Shown: positions 17,123 to 24,330 of the stretch, piece after piece
Numbering within the stretch: the stretch's first letter is position 1
Layout: each line of letters begins with the position of its first letter
From: a virus
Virus record (IMG/VR): IMGVR_UViG_3300034073_000472
Length of the DNA: 30,968 nt
Direction: 5' to 3' (one strand)
Made by a program: the position numbers and the translations under genes
Notes under the pieces: generated by a model
Told to the model about the DNA's origin: nothing
The model's database searches: none
The model's input: only the letters and a program-made list of their open reading frames with translations

Positions 17123-17859
17123 ACTCCTTTGATGGGTACCTTGATTATCGGGTTGAAGTCAAAGGATCTTTTGCTCCCCTTGTCCCGTGTTATTACATCC
17201 TTTCCCCATTTCTTCTGTAACAGGAAAAACTGCTCTTTCTCTCTCTTCAGATTTCGGTATGTTGCACAGCCTCCTGCTTGCTCTGCCTGCTTTACCTCAT
17301 AGTGGGCATAGTTGATGCGTAGGCATCCTCCGTAGGTTCTTATGTGTTCCAGAGAGATGTCGTAGTCCTCTTTGAGAGGTAGGTTTTCATCATACCGGAT
17401 GCTGCTCGTTTTGAGGTGAGCCTGAAAAGGTCCCCCGATGTATTGCAGAGTTCCAAAGGGCGTGTACTCTCGGTATGCTCCCTTGTCGGTAACGCAGTTC
17501 ACTCCCCAGAAGTGGAATCCAAAGTCCGAGCATAACTCGGCACATGATTCTGCAAACTCTTCGAGTTCCTGTGGGTTGAACTTGATCTTCTCCTGTTCCT
17601 CCCATCTCCCGATGTATGAGCAATCATCGTCAAGGATCACAATGCAGTCCGCATCATCAAATAGGTTGTCGAGGATCCAATTTCTCACACGGCACAGGTT
17701 TCCCTGCGCTGATTCTGGACAGACCACAATGTCGTTGCCATTCTTTCGGTATTCCTCTGCTTCTGACTCCCGGACTACCAGCGTAACGTTTGGGTAGTTC
17801 AGTTGGGTGATCGCCTTCTGCGGTCTCTTATACGATGGGGCGTAAAACTTAACCTTCAC
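17119..17859 (-). CDS. Predicted GT-A-fold glycosyltransferase-like protein (246 aa)
   Basis: First-strand motif FYAPSYKRP (compare IPTYNR of GT-A enzymes) and a DXD-type motif CIVILDDDCSY. ATGA overlap with terS. No TM segments. Confidence 0.5.
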   Translation of the reverse strand: MKVKFYAPSYKRPQKAITQLNYPNVTLVVRESEAEEYRKNGNDIVVCPESAQGNLCRVRNWILDNLFDDADCIVILDDDCSYIGRWEEQEKIKFNPQELEEFAESCAELCSDFGFHFWGVNCVTDKGAYREYTPFGTLQYIGGPFQAHLKTSSIRYDENLPLKEDYDISLEHIRTYGGCLRINYAHYEVKQAEQAGGCATYRNLKREKEQFFLLQKKWGKDVITRDKGSKRSFDFNPIIKVPIKGV

Positions 17860-18460
17860 CTTGTATGCGCTTTATTGCTTCCACACCATCCAACACACGA
17901 CCGATGCCCACAGACCACGGTTTTCCGTTAGCCCTCTTCGAAGCAACGCTCTCCAGACCGAACAATGTCTTTGCCTGAATCCAATCGATGTCCGTTGAGA
18001 ATTTAAGCACGAGGTAGTTCGACTCCGTGTCCAGCTCTACCGCAAACGGCTTCTCGCTATCATCGTTCACCGGATTGGTCATCTCCTGAATGTCATCTTC
18101 TGTGTAGGGTACGTCCATACCCCATTCGGCAAGAAGTTCTACATCCCATTGGTTCGCTAATGCTTCCCAATCCCATTCGCCAAACCCTACGTTGTCTTTG
18201 ATAATAAATTCTGCCTTCTGTTGCTCTGTCAGTTGGTCAGCGATCAGGATTGGCACCTCCGCCAGACCAGCAGCGATGCAAGCCTTCAATCGCATGTTGC
18301 CTCCCAGAACGATGTAGTTCTCATCTACCACGATAGGTCGCAGATCCAGCATCTGTGGAAAGTCCTTGATGCTCTGCACTAACTTTTTGAACTTCCCGTC
18401 CCGGATGATCCTCGGGTTGGTAGGATTTGGTTTAATGTCCTTGATGTTAACCTTTTGCAT
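17849..18460 (-). CDS. ParB N-terminal (ParB/Srx-fold) nuclease-like domain protein (203 aa)
   Basis: IKDIKPNPTNPRII...LVQSIKDFPQMLDLRPIVVDENYIVLGGNMRLKACIAAG is the classic ParB-N signature. No methylase domain is attached. Confidence 0.8.
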   Translation of the reverse strand: MQKVNIKDIKPNPTNPRIIRDGKFKKLVQSIKDFPQMLDLRPIVVDENYIVLGGNMRLKACIAAGLAEVPILIADQLTEQQKAEFIIKDNVGFGEWDWEALANQWDVELLAEWGMDVPYTEDDIQEMTNPVNDDSEKPFAVELDTESNYLVLKFSTDIDWIQAKTLFGLESVASKRANGKPWSVGIGRVLDGVEAIKRIQGEG

Positions 18461-18716
18461 TTTGCTTCTTGTTTAAGCGAAGATAGTGAGTTTCCTTGAG
18501 CCATTCCTTATGTTGAACCTTGTCTCCGTATTCCTCATGGCAGGATCGGCAAAGAGCCATGAGGTTTTCGATCACATCCTTGGTCTTACTTCCTCCCATC
18601 CCTCGAGCATCAATGTGGTGAATGTCCACCGCCTTGCTCTGACAGATCTCGCAGGGTATGAAGTCCGTAACATCATAGCCCATTGCCCGAAGGTAGACCT
18701 TTGTGTGTTTTCTCAT
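18447..18716 (-). CDS. HNH endonuclease (89 aa)
   Basis: CEICQSKAVDIHHIDARGMGGSK...NLMALCRSCHEEYG (Cys pairs plus HH...N...H). Confidence 0.85.
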   Translation of the reverse strand: MRKHTKVYLRAMGYDVTDFIPCEICQSKAVDIHHIDARGMGGSKTKDVIENLMALCRSCHEEYGDKVQHKEWLKETHYLRLNKKQNAKG

Positions 18717-19261
18717 TTCTGGAAAAGCCAGCAGTCATCAATGAAGGTAGCATGCGGTAATAGCTCATCTACCGCCCGGATCACTCCCTTCCAATTCTTA
18801 TGGTAGTCATCTCCTGCTATGTACCCTCCCTTTTTGACTTTCGGCAACCAGAGTTTGATGTCCTCCTTTACGGCTTCGTATGAATGGTCAAGGTCAATAA
18901 ACACAACGTCCAAAGAGCCGTCAGCGAACTTCTTTGCTGCCGTTTTGGATGTTGCTTTGATGGCCTTGAACTTTCTCTCGCCCATGTTCTCCAGAAACAA
19001 TTTGTATATGTCTTTGGTCTTGGCAAGTTTGTAGTACGAGTCAATGTACTCTGCCGTACCCTTGAACGAATCCACAATTGTGACATTTATTTCGTGGGAA
19101 TTATCACATAAATAGGCAGATGATTTGCCCAGCCATGCTCCGAGTTCTACAAAAGAGCCACCTTCCGGAACTTGCTTAATCAAGAAGTCGTATGCTGCTT
19201 GGTGGTTAAACCATCCCTCAATGTCTTGGTATCTTTTCATCGTAAAGCGTTGTAATAGCAA
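18713..19261 (-). CDS. Class I SAM-dependent methyltransferase (182 aa, Methyltransf_24/TylF-like pattern)
   Basis: Motif I is FVELGAWLGKSSAYL. Also VVFIDLDHSYEAVKEDIKLWLPKVKKGGYIAGDDY. Confidence 0.75.
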   Translation of the reverse strand: MLLQRFTMKRYQDIEGWFNHQAAYDFLIKQVPEGGSFVELGAWLGKSSAYLCDNSHEINVTIVDSFKGTAEYIDSYYKLAKTKDIYKLFLENMGERKFKAIKATSKTAAKKFADGSLDVVFIDLDHSYEAVKEDIKLWLPKVKKGGYIAGDDYHKNWKGVIRAVDELLPHATFIDDCWLFQK

Positions 19262-19764
19262 AGGTAGGCGTCCACACAGATAAGAGTCCCCCGAAGAGCA
19301 GCCGCTTGAGCAAATAACCCGTCTGCCTCGTAACTGCTTTGAAACCTCAAGGTTGGTAGGTGATAGGGTCTAAACATAAAGCATGCCGTGTCGATGTTTC
19401 CGACCTTCGGGTCAGTCGTTGGACGTAACCTCCCCTCCTGTCCCCATGTAACGATGCTTGAGTCAAGCGAGTTCAGGGAATCCCATTGCTCGTAGAACTT
19501 TGGATGCAGGATGTTGTCATCATCCAGATAGTAAACCCAATCGTTCTCCGTGAACTGATCTTGGTACAGGTCAAGGAACTCATTGCGGAGTGGGTGTCCC
19601 CAGAATCCGGAGTTCTGGGAGTAGTGAGTTACCGATGCGCCTGTTGCTTCCTTGAAGTCGCAATTTGCGTCCATCATCACCACCCACGTTGCCCACGGTG
19701 GAATGTACTGCCGGATTCTCTTCAGGTTCTCCGGTCGGGAGCAAGGGGTTACAATGTAAAGCAT
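19237..19764 (-). CDS. Predicted GT-A-fold glycosyltransferase (175 aa)
   Basis: MLYIVTPCSRPENL (first strand) and the DXD region WVYYLDDDNILHP. Later SYEADGLF. It overlaps both neighbours. Confidence 0.55.
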   Translation of the reverse strand: MLYIVTPCSRPENLKRIRQYIPPWATWVVMMDANCDFKEATGASVTHYSQNSGFWGHPLRNEFLDLYQDQFTENDWVYYLDDDNILHPKFYEQWDSLNSLDSSIVTWGQEGRLRPTTDPKVGNIDTACFMFRPYHLPTLRFQSSYEADGLFAQAAALRGTLICVDAYLCYYNALR

Positions 19765-20690
19765 CTCAGTTGGTTGATTTTGTCCATCGTGAAGTCTTGT
19801 ACGAACTCATATAGCGATTCTGCTATGTCATGGACTTGGTTAGGGTTATCGTTTAATCTCTTGATCGCTACTGCCCATTCTGACGGATGGTTGATGGCGA
19901 TGCAATTCTCTTTGGTGATGTACGGAGTATAAGGGTGAGTGTTACTCACGATCAGGGCACATTTGCTAAAGCCCGCCTCAAGCATCTTTAGATGCGATTT
20001 GCACTTGGCAAACTCTGATCCGACCAACGGAACCAAACTAACGTCAAAGAAGTCATACAGGCGATGGTATGAGTTCGGTGGGAACGTTTTGAGCGTGTAT
20101 GCTGCTTTCATCATCTGGGGGTAGCCATCCACATCAGCAACATAGGCCTCGTAGCCCGTTAGATCGATTCCTGATGCCTTTACATCCGCTTGGTGATGGT
20201 TCCCCCCAATATACCCGAACCGCACTTTGTCAGACGGCTCTCTGTTGATTTGCCAAGTGGGTACGCTAATAGCATTAGGCACAATCCGAATATTGCTATT
20301 GTATTTCCTGACCTTTGATGCAAGGTGCTTGTTGGTTACCCAGACCTCATCAGCCGCCTTCATGGAGCGAATGATCCTTGTCTTCATCTGATCCGCAAAG
20401 AATCCTTTGAGTGGATGGTTTGGGGGCAATACCCACCAGTCGTCTTGGTCCACTATTAGTTTGATTCCCTCCTTCCGGCACAACTTTACAAAGTCCTCAA
20501 ATGGCTCTACCGGAAAAGCACGGCTTGCAAATATGTGGGTAACCTTTTCCCAGATGGATGGCTCTACATCTGTAATCTTCTCGATGAAGTAAACGTCCGC
20601 CTCTTGATGGCAGATCAGGGGAGCAAATACCCGATGGTATGTAACACCGGAGTTCTGCTTGTGAAACGCCAGAACGAGTGGCCTACTCAT
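19749..20690 (-). CDS. Predicted GT-B-fold (GT1-like) glycosyltransferase (313 aa)
   Basis: The C-terminal region DVSLVPLVGSEFAKCKSHLKMLEAGFSKCALIVSNTHPY resembles the GT1 nucleotide-sugar binding motif (E..K.lEa.a.G.pvi.s). Confidence 0.6.
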   Translation of the reverse strand: MSRPLVLAFHKQNSGVTYHRVFAPLICHQEADVYFIEKITDVEPSIWEKVTHIFASRAFPVEPFEDFVKLCRKEGIKLIVDQDDWWVLPPNHPLKGFFADQMKTRIIRSMKAADEVWVTNKHLASKVRKYNSNIRIVPNAISVPTWQINREPSDKVRFGYIGGNHHQADVKASGIDLTGYEAYVADVDGYPQMMKAAYTLKTFPPNSYHRLYDFFDVSLVPLVGSEFAKCKSHLKMLEAGFSKCALIVSNTHPYTPYITKENCIAINHPSEWAVAIKRLNDNPNQVHDIAESLYEFVQDFTMDKINQLRCFTL

Positions 20691-20964
20691 AGTGTTCCCC
20701 TGTATTGCCGTTCTGACCGATGATGTCCATCCTCTTGTTTAGTTCCTCTTCCCGCATTTCCCATTCAAGGTCTCGCTGATGGTTTGAACAGGGGGTATGG
20801 TATCCTGCATGGGCGATCTCTTGCTCTGTCCGCATCCATTCATTCATGGCATGCCTCTCCAGATACTGCACCCACATCTTTGCAGCTACTGCCCTACGTT
20901 GGGGCTTGAACAGATAGGTGCTACGCAAACGTGCCATAGCGATCCGCATAAATTGTTCTCGCAT
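20683..20964 (-). CDS. Hypothetical protein (93 aa)
   Basis: ATG ORF. Its TAG stop overlaps the GT-B start. The C-terminal MDIIGQNGNTGEHYE is a motif I have seen recurrently in small phage proteins, but I cannot name the family. Confidence 0.5.
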   Translation of the reverse strand: MREQFMRIAMARLRSTYLFKPQRRAVAAKMWVQYLERHAMNEWMRTEQEIAHAGYHTPCSNHQRDLEWEMREEELNKRMDIIGQNGNTGEHYE

Positions 20965-20976
20965 CTTTGCTTGGTT

Positions 20977-21207
20977 TTAAGAATTTATGTCGACCCCGTT
21001 CTCAAGCATAAGATCACGAAGTTTGTCTCTGCATTTCTCGTAGGTCTCATATTTGTCTTTAGAGTATTCGTTGTCTGGCATATACTTGTATTGTACTCTT
21101 AGCCATTGGTCCATCTCCCAGAGTACTAATTGCATCTTTGCTCCGTTTACCGCCAGCTCAAACTCGGGTCGTTCTTCGGGTAGGTTGTATTCAAGTCTTG
21201 CTTTCAT
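20977..21207 (-). CDS. Hypothetical protein (76 aa)
   Basis: ATG ORF in the track. Its leader accaacgagaaATGAA is nearly identical to that of the 21468..21677 gene. Confidence 0.5.
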   Translation of the reverse strand: MKARLEYNLPEERPEFELAVNGAKMQLVLWEMDQWLRVQYKYMPDNEYSKDKYETYEKCRDKLRDLMLENGVDINS

Positions 21208-21219
21208 TTCTCGTTGGTG

Positions 21220-21471
21220 TTAAAGTTTAGTTTTTACGTATTTAATTTTTTCTTGCTCTGTTAAGTCAGAAAAGAACTGTACAGCTATTGCTTTTCCAAA
21301 CAATACTTTCTTTGCCATTGCAAATCTTTCCTTAAGTGTAGTGTATTCCTTATCGTAATTGAGAGGTTTAGCAATCATCCATCCCTCCAATTTATTACCG
21401 TCAACCACTACACATACTGATTCTTGAACTGAATCATCTTTTAATAGTTCGTCTATTAAGATTGCTTTCAT
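21220..21471 (-). CDS. Hypothetical protein (83 aa)
   Basis: ATG ORF with an ATGA overlap with the upstream gene. Confidence 0.5.
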   Translation of the reverse strand: MKAILIDELLKDDSVQESVCVVVDGNKLEGWMIAKPLNYDKEYTTLKERFAMAKKVLFGKAIAVQFFSDLTEQEKIKYVKTKL

Positions 21472-21677
21472 TCCTCTTTGGTGTTAGAGTTTTTGTTGAG
21501 GTGTTGCTCATACATATTTACTGTATCTGCCTGCCCAGTAGCATACCAATCAATCATCTGCTCCTTCTCTTTCTCAAGTAGTGACTCTGCCCATCTTTTG
21601 ATTGTTTCAATAGAACAGAACTCTGTTGGCTTTACATTGTTGAGTTTATCAATCAACTCTTGCATTGGTGTTTTCAT
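21468..21677 (-). CDS. Hypothetical protein (69 aa), paralog of 26124..26363
   Basis: It shares MKT.MQE... and SLL.KEKEQMI with the 79-aa protein, and 30/31 nt are identical between 21550-21580 and 26230-26260. Confidence 0.55.
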   Translation of the reverse strand: MKTPMQELIDKLNNVKPTEFCSIETIKRWAESLLEKEKEQMIDWYATGQADTVNMYEQHLNKNSNTKEE

Positions 21678-21807
21678 TTCTCGTTGGTTTTTATGATTCC
21701 AAAAAGTGCCACTATTCTAATTTATTGGCATTTTTTTGAATGTTTATATTTTGCCAAAACTCTATTTCATTTCCGCTTTTGGCGGGTTTTCACTTCCGTT
21801 GTTGGCG

Positions 21808-22578
21808 TTACAACTCCCCGAAGATCGTGTACGAGTCCAAGTCCTCACCCAAGATGAAGAACTGCTTGTAGGTTTCAATTGCCTCCATTGTCTTGCGCTC
21901 TCCCTCCTGAATGAACTCCGGACTGACCGAATAGATCCCCACATCTAAACTCGCCTTGTCAATGGCGATAAAGTAAAAACGATCAATCGGCACACCGAAT
22001 AATCGGGTGTAGATGAACGCCTGCACATCGTATCCATATTTCTTTGCCGAATATGGGAATGCCCGAAGATCCGTAGTGGTTTTCAGATCCGCCAAAAAGC
22101 CATCAGCAATGATGTCTGCCTTTGCCCGGAATGGCAACCCTCCGATCATACCGATAGCAGGTTGCTCAAAGTCGCATCCCTGAATAAGATCCAGAACATG
22201 CTCGTTCCTCAAAAGGGCATCAGCCACTCTCTGTGCTTCATCATACTCCTTCCGGGTGCAGATATTCCTCTTGCCTTTTGCTTCCTGCCATGCTTTGGCA
22301 TTTTTGCTCTGGACTTCAATCACCTCGTACTCTTCTACCCGATGAGGTTCCAACGCCATGAGGTGAGTCAACCGACCTACCGCAAAAGCATCTGAATCCT
22401 GACTGCCATACTTGGTAACGTAATGGTAGGTCTTCGGTGAGGTAAGTAATAATTTACAAGCAGTAGAGCTTAAAGCATTCTTTGACAAGTTCCCATAGTA
22501 AAACTCATCATCATGCATCTTGGTCTTCAGGGTGTCCAGATCCCAAGTCGTTCCGTCAAGTAGTTCAATTATTTTCAT
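21808..22578 (-). CDS. PD-(D/E)XK exonuclease (RecE C-terminal / exonuclease VIII-like, 256 aa)
   Basis: The catalytic-core pattern is FRAKADIIADGFLADLKTTTD (D...D-x-K), followed by YGYDVQAFIY (the Q..Y motif typical of this family). Confidence 0.7.
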   Translation of the reverse strand: MKIIELLDGTTWDLDTLKTKMHDDEFYYGNLSKNALSSTACKLLLTSPKTYHYVTKYGSQDSDAFAVGRLTHLMALEPHRVEEYEVIEVQSKNAKAWQEAKGKRNICTRKEYDEAQRVADALLRNEHVLDLIQGCDFEQPAIGMIGGLPFRAKADIIADGFLADLKTTTDLRAFPYSAKKYGYDVQAFIYTRLFGVPIDRFYFIAIDKASLDVGIYSVSPEFIQEGERKTMEAIETYKQFFILGEDLDSYTIFGEL

Positions 22579-22750
22579 AAAATCCTTCGAAGTATTGTTG
22601 TTCTGACTTACCGGAGTCGCTCTGAAGTTTCCCTAAATAGAAAGCAGTCTCAATAGCATTACGCTCGATGCGTAGAAATGCCTCTTTGGTGGCATCTGGA
22701 AATTCCGGATGCAGCTCAAAGAATACGGTAAAAGGGGTTTTTGGTTTCAT
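22565..22750 (-). CDS. Hypothetical protein (61 aa, using the internal ATG at 22750)
   Basis: The track ORF starts at 22807, inside a terminator hairpin. The internal start MKPKTPFTVFFELHPEF... avoids it. It overlaps the nuclease gene by 14 nt. Confidence 0.45.
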   Translation of the reverse strand: MKPKTPFTVFFELHPEFPDATKEAFLRIERNAIETAFYLGKLQSDSGKSEQQYFEGFYENN

Positions 22751-22777
22751 TTTCTGATTGGTTTCATTAAAGATAAT

Positions 22778-22805
22778 AAAAAAGGCCGACCCTTGCAAGT
22801 CAGCC
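22778..22805 (-). terminator. Rho-independent terminator after the 75-aa gene
   Basis: Minus-strand RNA GGCUGAC-UUGCAAGG-GUCGGCC (7 bp, one G-U) followed by UUUUUU. Confidence 0.55.
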
Positions 22806-22812
22806 ATTTAGC

Positions 22813-23040
22813 TCATTTCTTTTTAAATTTCTCGAGCATGTGTTCTTCATAATTATCGCAGTATTCCCTAAATATCTCGTAAAAGTCCTGATGGTACGGC
22901 ACATCCAAGAACAGGTCAGTAGTCCCTTCATTATTGCTCAACCATGACCGGAATACCATCATGAATGAGTGATTGTCCTTGTCTGGAGCCCAGCTTAATG
23001 TGTCAATAAGTTCTCCAGATACGTTTGTTGTGTTTTCCAT
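22813..23040 (-). CDS. Small acidic hypothetical protein (75 aa)
   Basis: ATG ORF. By my count it has 15 acidic and 7 basic residues. Confidence 0.5.
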   Translation of the reverse strand: MENTTNVSGELIDTLSWAPDKDNHSFMMVFRSWLSNNEGTTDLFLDVPYHQDFYEIFREYCDNYEEHMLEKFKKK

Positions 23041-23041
23041 G

Positions 23042-23335
23042 TTACATCCAGTTAGCGTGATCTACGCAGTAGTTAATAAAGTTATTGTAAATGTCATTTG
23101 CCAATTTAGGCGGGGTGTTCTGGACAGAGGTAGTAGCATAACGCTCCCAAGTTCCTCGGTCAGTACGCAACTCAACGTCTAATTCAAAACGCTCGTAGTC
23201 ATCAATGCTTTCGTAGCCAAGCCAATTGGCAAGGTAGGCATGAGCTTCTGTATCGGTTTCAAGTTTGAAGTACTCCTTTGGCAACGAGTTGGTTTCCTCA
23301 AGGTAGTACATCAAGTCATCGTTGGTGAAGATCAT
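23042..23335 (-). CDS. Small acidic hypothetical protein (97 aa)
   Basis: ATG ORF, 19 acidic and 7 basic residues. Its stop is 1 nt before the next start. Confidence 0.5.
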   Translation of the reverse strand: MIFTNDDLMYYLEETNSLPKEYFKLETDTEAHAYLANWLGYESIDDYERFELDVELRTDRGTWERYATTSVQNTPPKLANDIYNNFINYCVDHANWM

Positions 23336-23451
23336 AACAGGGAGTCGATTAGTTTGCCGAGAAAAGTGGCGATAAAAGAAACGAGAAAAAAGAAAGCAAG
23401 GACTGCTATTGAAGCAGCAGTCTTTGCAAGGAGTACCTTAAAACTTTGCAT
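23332..23451 (-). CDS. Small single-pass membrane protein (39 aa), below the track cutoff when taken from its internal ATG
   Basis: MQSFKVLLAKTAASIAVLAFFFLVSFIATFLGKLIDSLL. It has an ATGA overlap with the downstream 97-aa start and fills the gap left after the 110-aa gene. Confidence 0.35.
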   Translation of the reverse strand: MQSFKVLLAKTAASIAVLAFFFLVSFIATFLGKLIDSLL

Positions 23452-23770
23452 CTTCGATCTCTTTGTAGGTTTCTTCAAGAAGTTTGTCCAGATTGATGTT
23501 TTCGTAAGCGAACTCATACAGGGTAGCAAAAGCAAGTTCACGAATGCTGGTGATCGGTCCGAGTTCCATCTTATCCCATTCGGAGTTTGGAGCAATCCCT
23601 TTGCAGATCTCCCAGCAATCATTGTAGTAGATCACATCATTCTCGATGTCATTATTCAGTTGCTCGGCAAGATCTCCGGCATCTACTGAATTGTCGTTCT
23701 TGATTGATTCGAGGATGTACTCACGGAGCATTTGCTCTTGTTCCTCGATCCATTTGTACTTGTTGAACAT
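23438..23770 (-). CDS. Small highly acidic hypothetical protein (110 aa)
   Basis: ATG ORF. By my count it has 26 acidic and 10 basic residues. Confidence 0.55.
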   Translation of the reverse strand: MFNKYKWIEEQEQMLREYILESIKNDNSVDAGDLAEQLNNDIENDVIYYNDCWEICKGIAPNSEWDKMELGPITSIRELAFATLYEFAYENINLDKLLEETYKEIEDAKF

Positions 23771-23789
23771 GGTGATTGGTTTTTAAAAA

Positions 23790-24062
23790 TTATTTGATTC
23801 GTGCGATGATTCCTTTTGACGGCTCGTCTCGGTTGGGCTTGAAGTACATGCTCTCTCCGGCACTTAACTTCATAACATCTTCTGCAATGTCAGCCAGAGC
23901 GTAGACAAATTCGAAGTCGTAACCCTCTTCGATGTTATTCAAAAATAGACGTTCGAAGGTCATGGTCTCCGTGCTGATATTAGCATTCTGTTCTACCACA
24001 ATTTGGTAGGTGATCTGGGTGATTGAGTATGCTTTCATTTTGATTGGTTTCTTTTTAAACAT
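23790..24062 (-). CDS. Hypothetical protein (about 82-90 aa, start uncertain)
   Basis: The track start at 24068 is a TTG. ATGs occur at 24062 (MFKKKP...) and 24038 (MKAYSITQ...). A TAnnTTTG box at 24066-24073 favours the 24038 start. Confidence 0.5.
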   Translation of the reverse strand: MFKKKPIKMKAYSITQITYQIVVEQNANISTETMTFERLFLNNIEEGYDFEFVYALADIAEDVMKLSAGESMYFKPNRDEPSKGIIARIK

Positions 24063-24065
24063 ACC

Positions 24066-24073
24066 CAAAACTA
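24066..24073 (-). promoter_or_regulatory. Candidate Bacteroidota-type -7 promoter box (TAGTTTTG on the minus strand)
   Basis: It matches TAnnTTTG and lies in the 79-bp gap upstream of the 23790 gene. I found no clear -33 TTTG. Confidence 0.3.
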
Positions 24074-24147
24074 AAAAGCCCGACCGGACGCCACAAGCTA
24101 AATGCCTGTACGTCAGTCAGGTTTCCTAAAAATTGAGATACTTTGAC

Positions 24148-24330
24148 CTATTCCTTATCTCGCCACGCCTGATAGCAGATCGCTATCGCTTGATCTCTGG
24201 GGTATTCATCCCCTATCTCTGCAGCACACCGGAACACAAAGTCCGATTGCTTCTCTTCACTTCTTGGTTTTGGTATCGGCATAAAAACTGCATTTTTCTT
24301 TTGGTACTCGGTAGAACTCATCCAGCCCAT
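24148..24330 (-). CDS. Small hypothetical protein (60 aa, or 44 aa from MPIPKP at 24282)
   Basis: MPIPKPRSEEKQSDFVFRCAAEIGDEYPRDQAIAICYQAWRDKE resembles a recurrent phage mini-domain (PKP...F..RC....AICY..W) that I cannot name. It overlaps the 3' end of the 153-aa gene. Confidence 0.4.
   Translation of the reverse strand: MGWMSSTEYQKKNAVFMPIPKPRSEEKQSDFVFRCAAEIGDEYPRDQAIAICYQAWRDKE

Noticed and set aside
17119-20690. Interpreting the GT/MT cluster as a T-even-like DNA hypermodification pathway
   Set aside because: I recognise no thymidylate-synthase-like dNMP hydroxymethylase, TET/JBP dioxygenase, dNMP kinase, dCTPase or DNA polymerase anywhere in the genome, so the substrate for DNA glycosylation is not evident. 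It stays open as a minor alternative within the finding rather than being the call.
22751-22807. The longer start (22807) for the 80-aa ORF
   Set aside because: The first 19 codons coincide with the terminator hairpin and U-run of the preceding gene, so the internal ATG at 22750 is more plausible.
23452-23622. The upstream two-thirds of the 96-aa ORF 23332..23622
   Set aside because: This part lies entirely inside the well-formed 110-aa acidic gene in another frame. Only the C-terminal 39 codons, from ATG 23451, occupy otherwise unassigned sequence and form a clean TM peptide.
24074-24147. A GC-rich stretch followed by a T-run (ggcgtccggtcgggcttttt on the minus strand) as a terminator after the 60-aa ORF
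   Set aside because: I could not fold a stem of more than 3-4 bp with a viable loop, so it does not meet the standard of the other four terminators.
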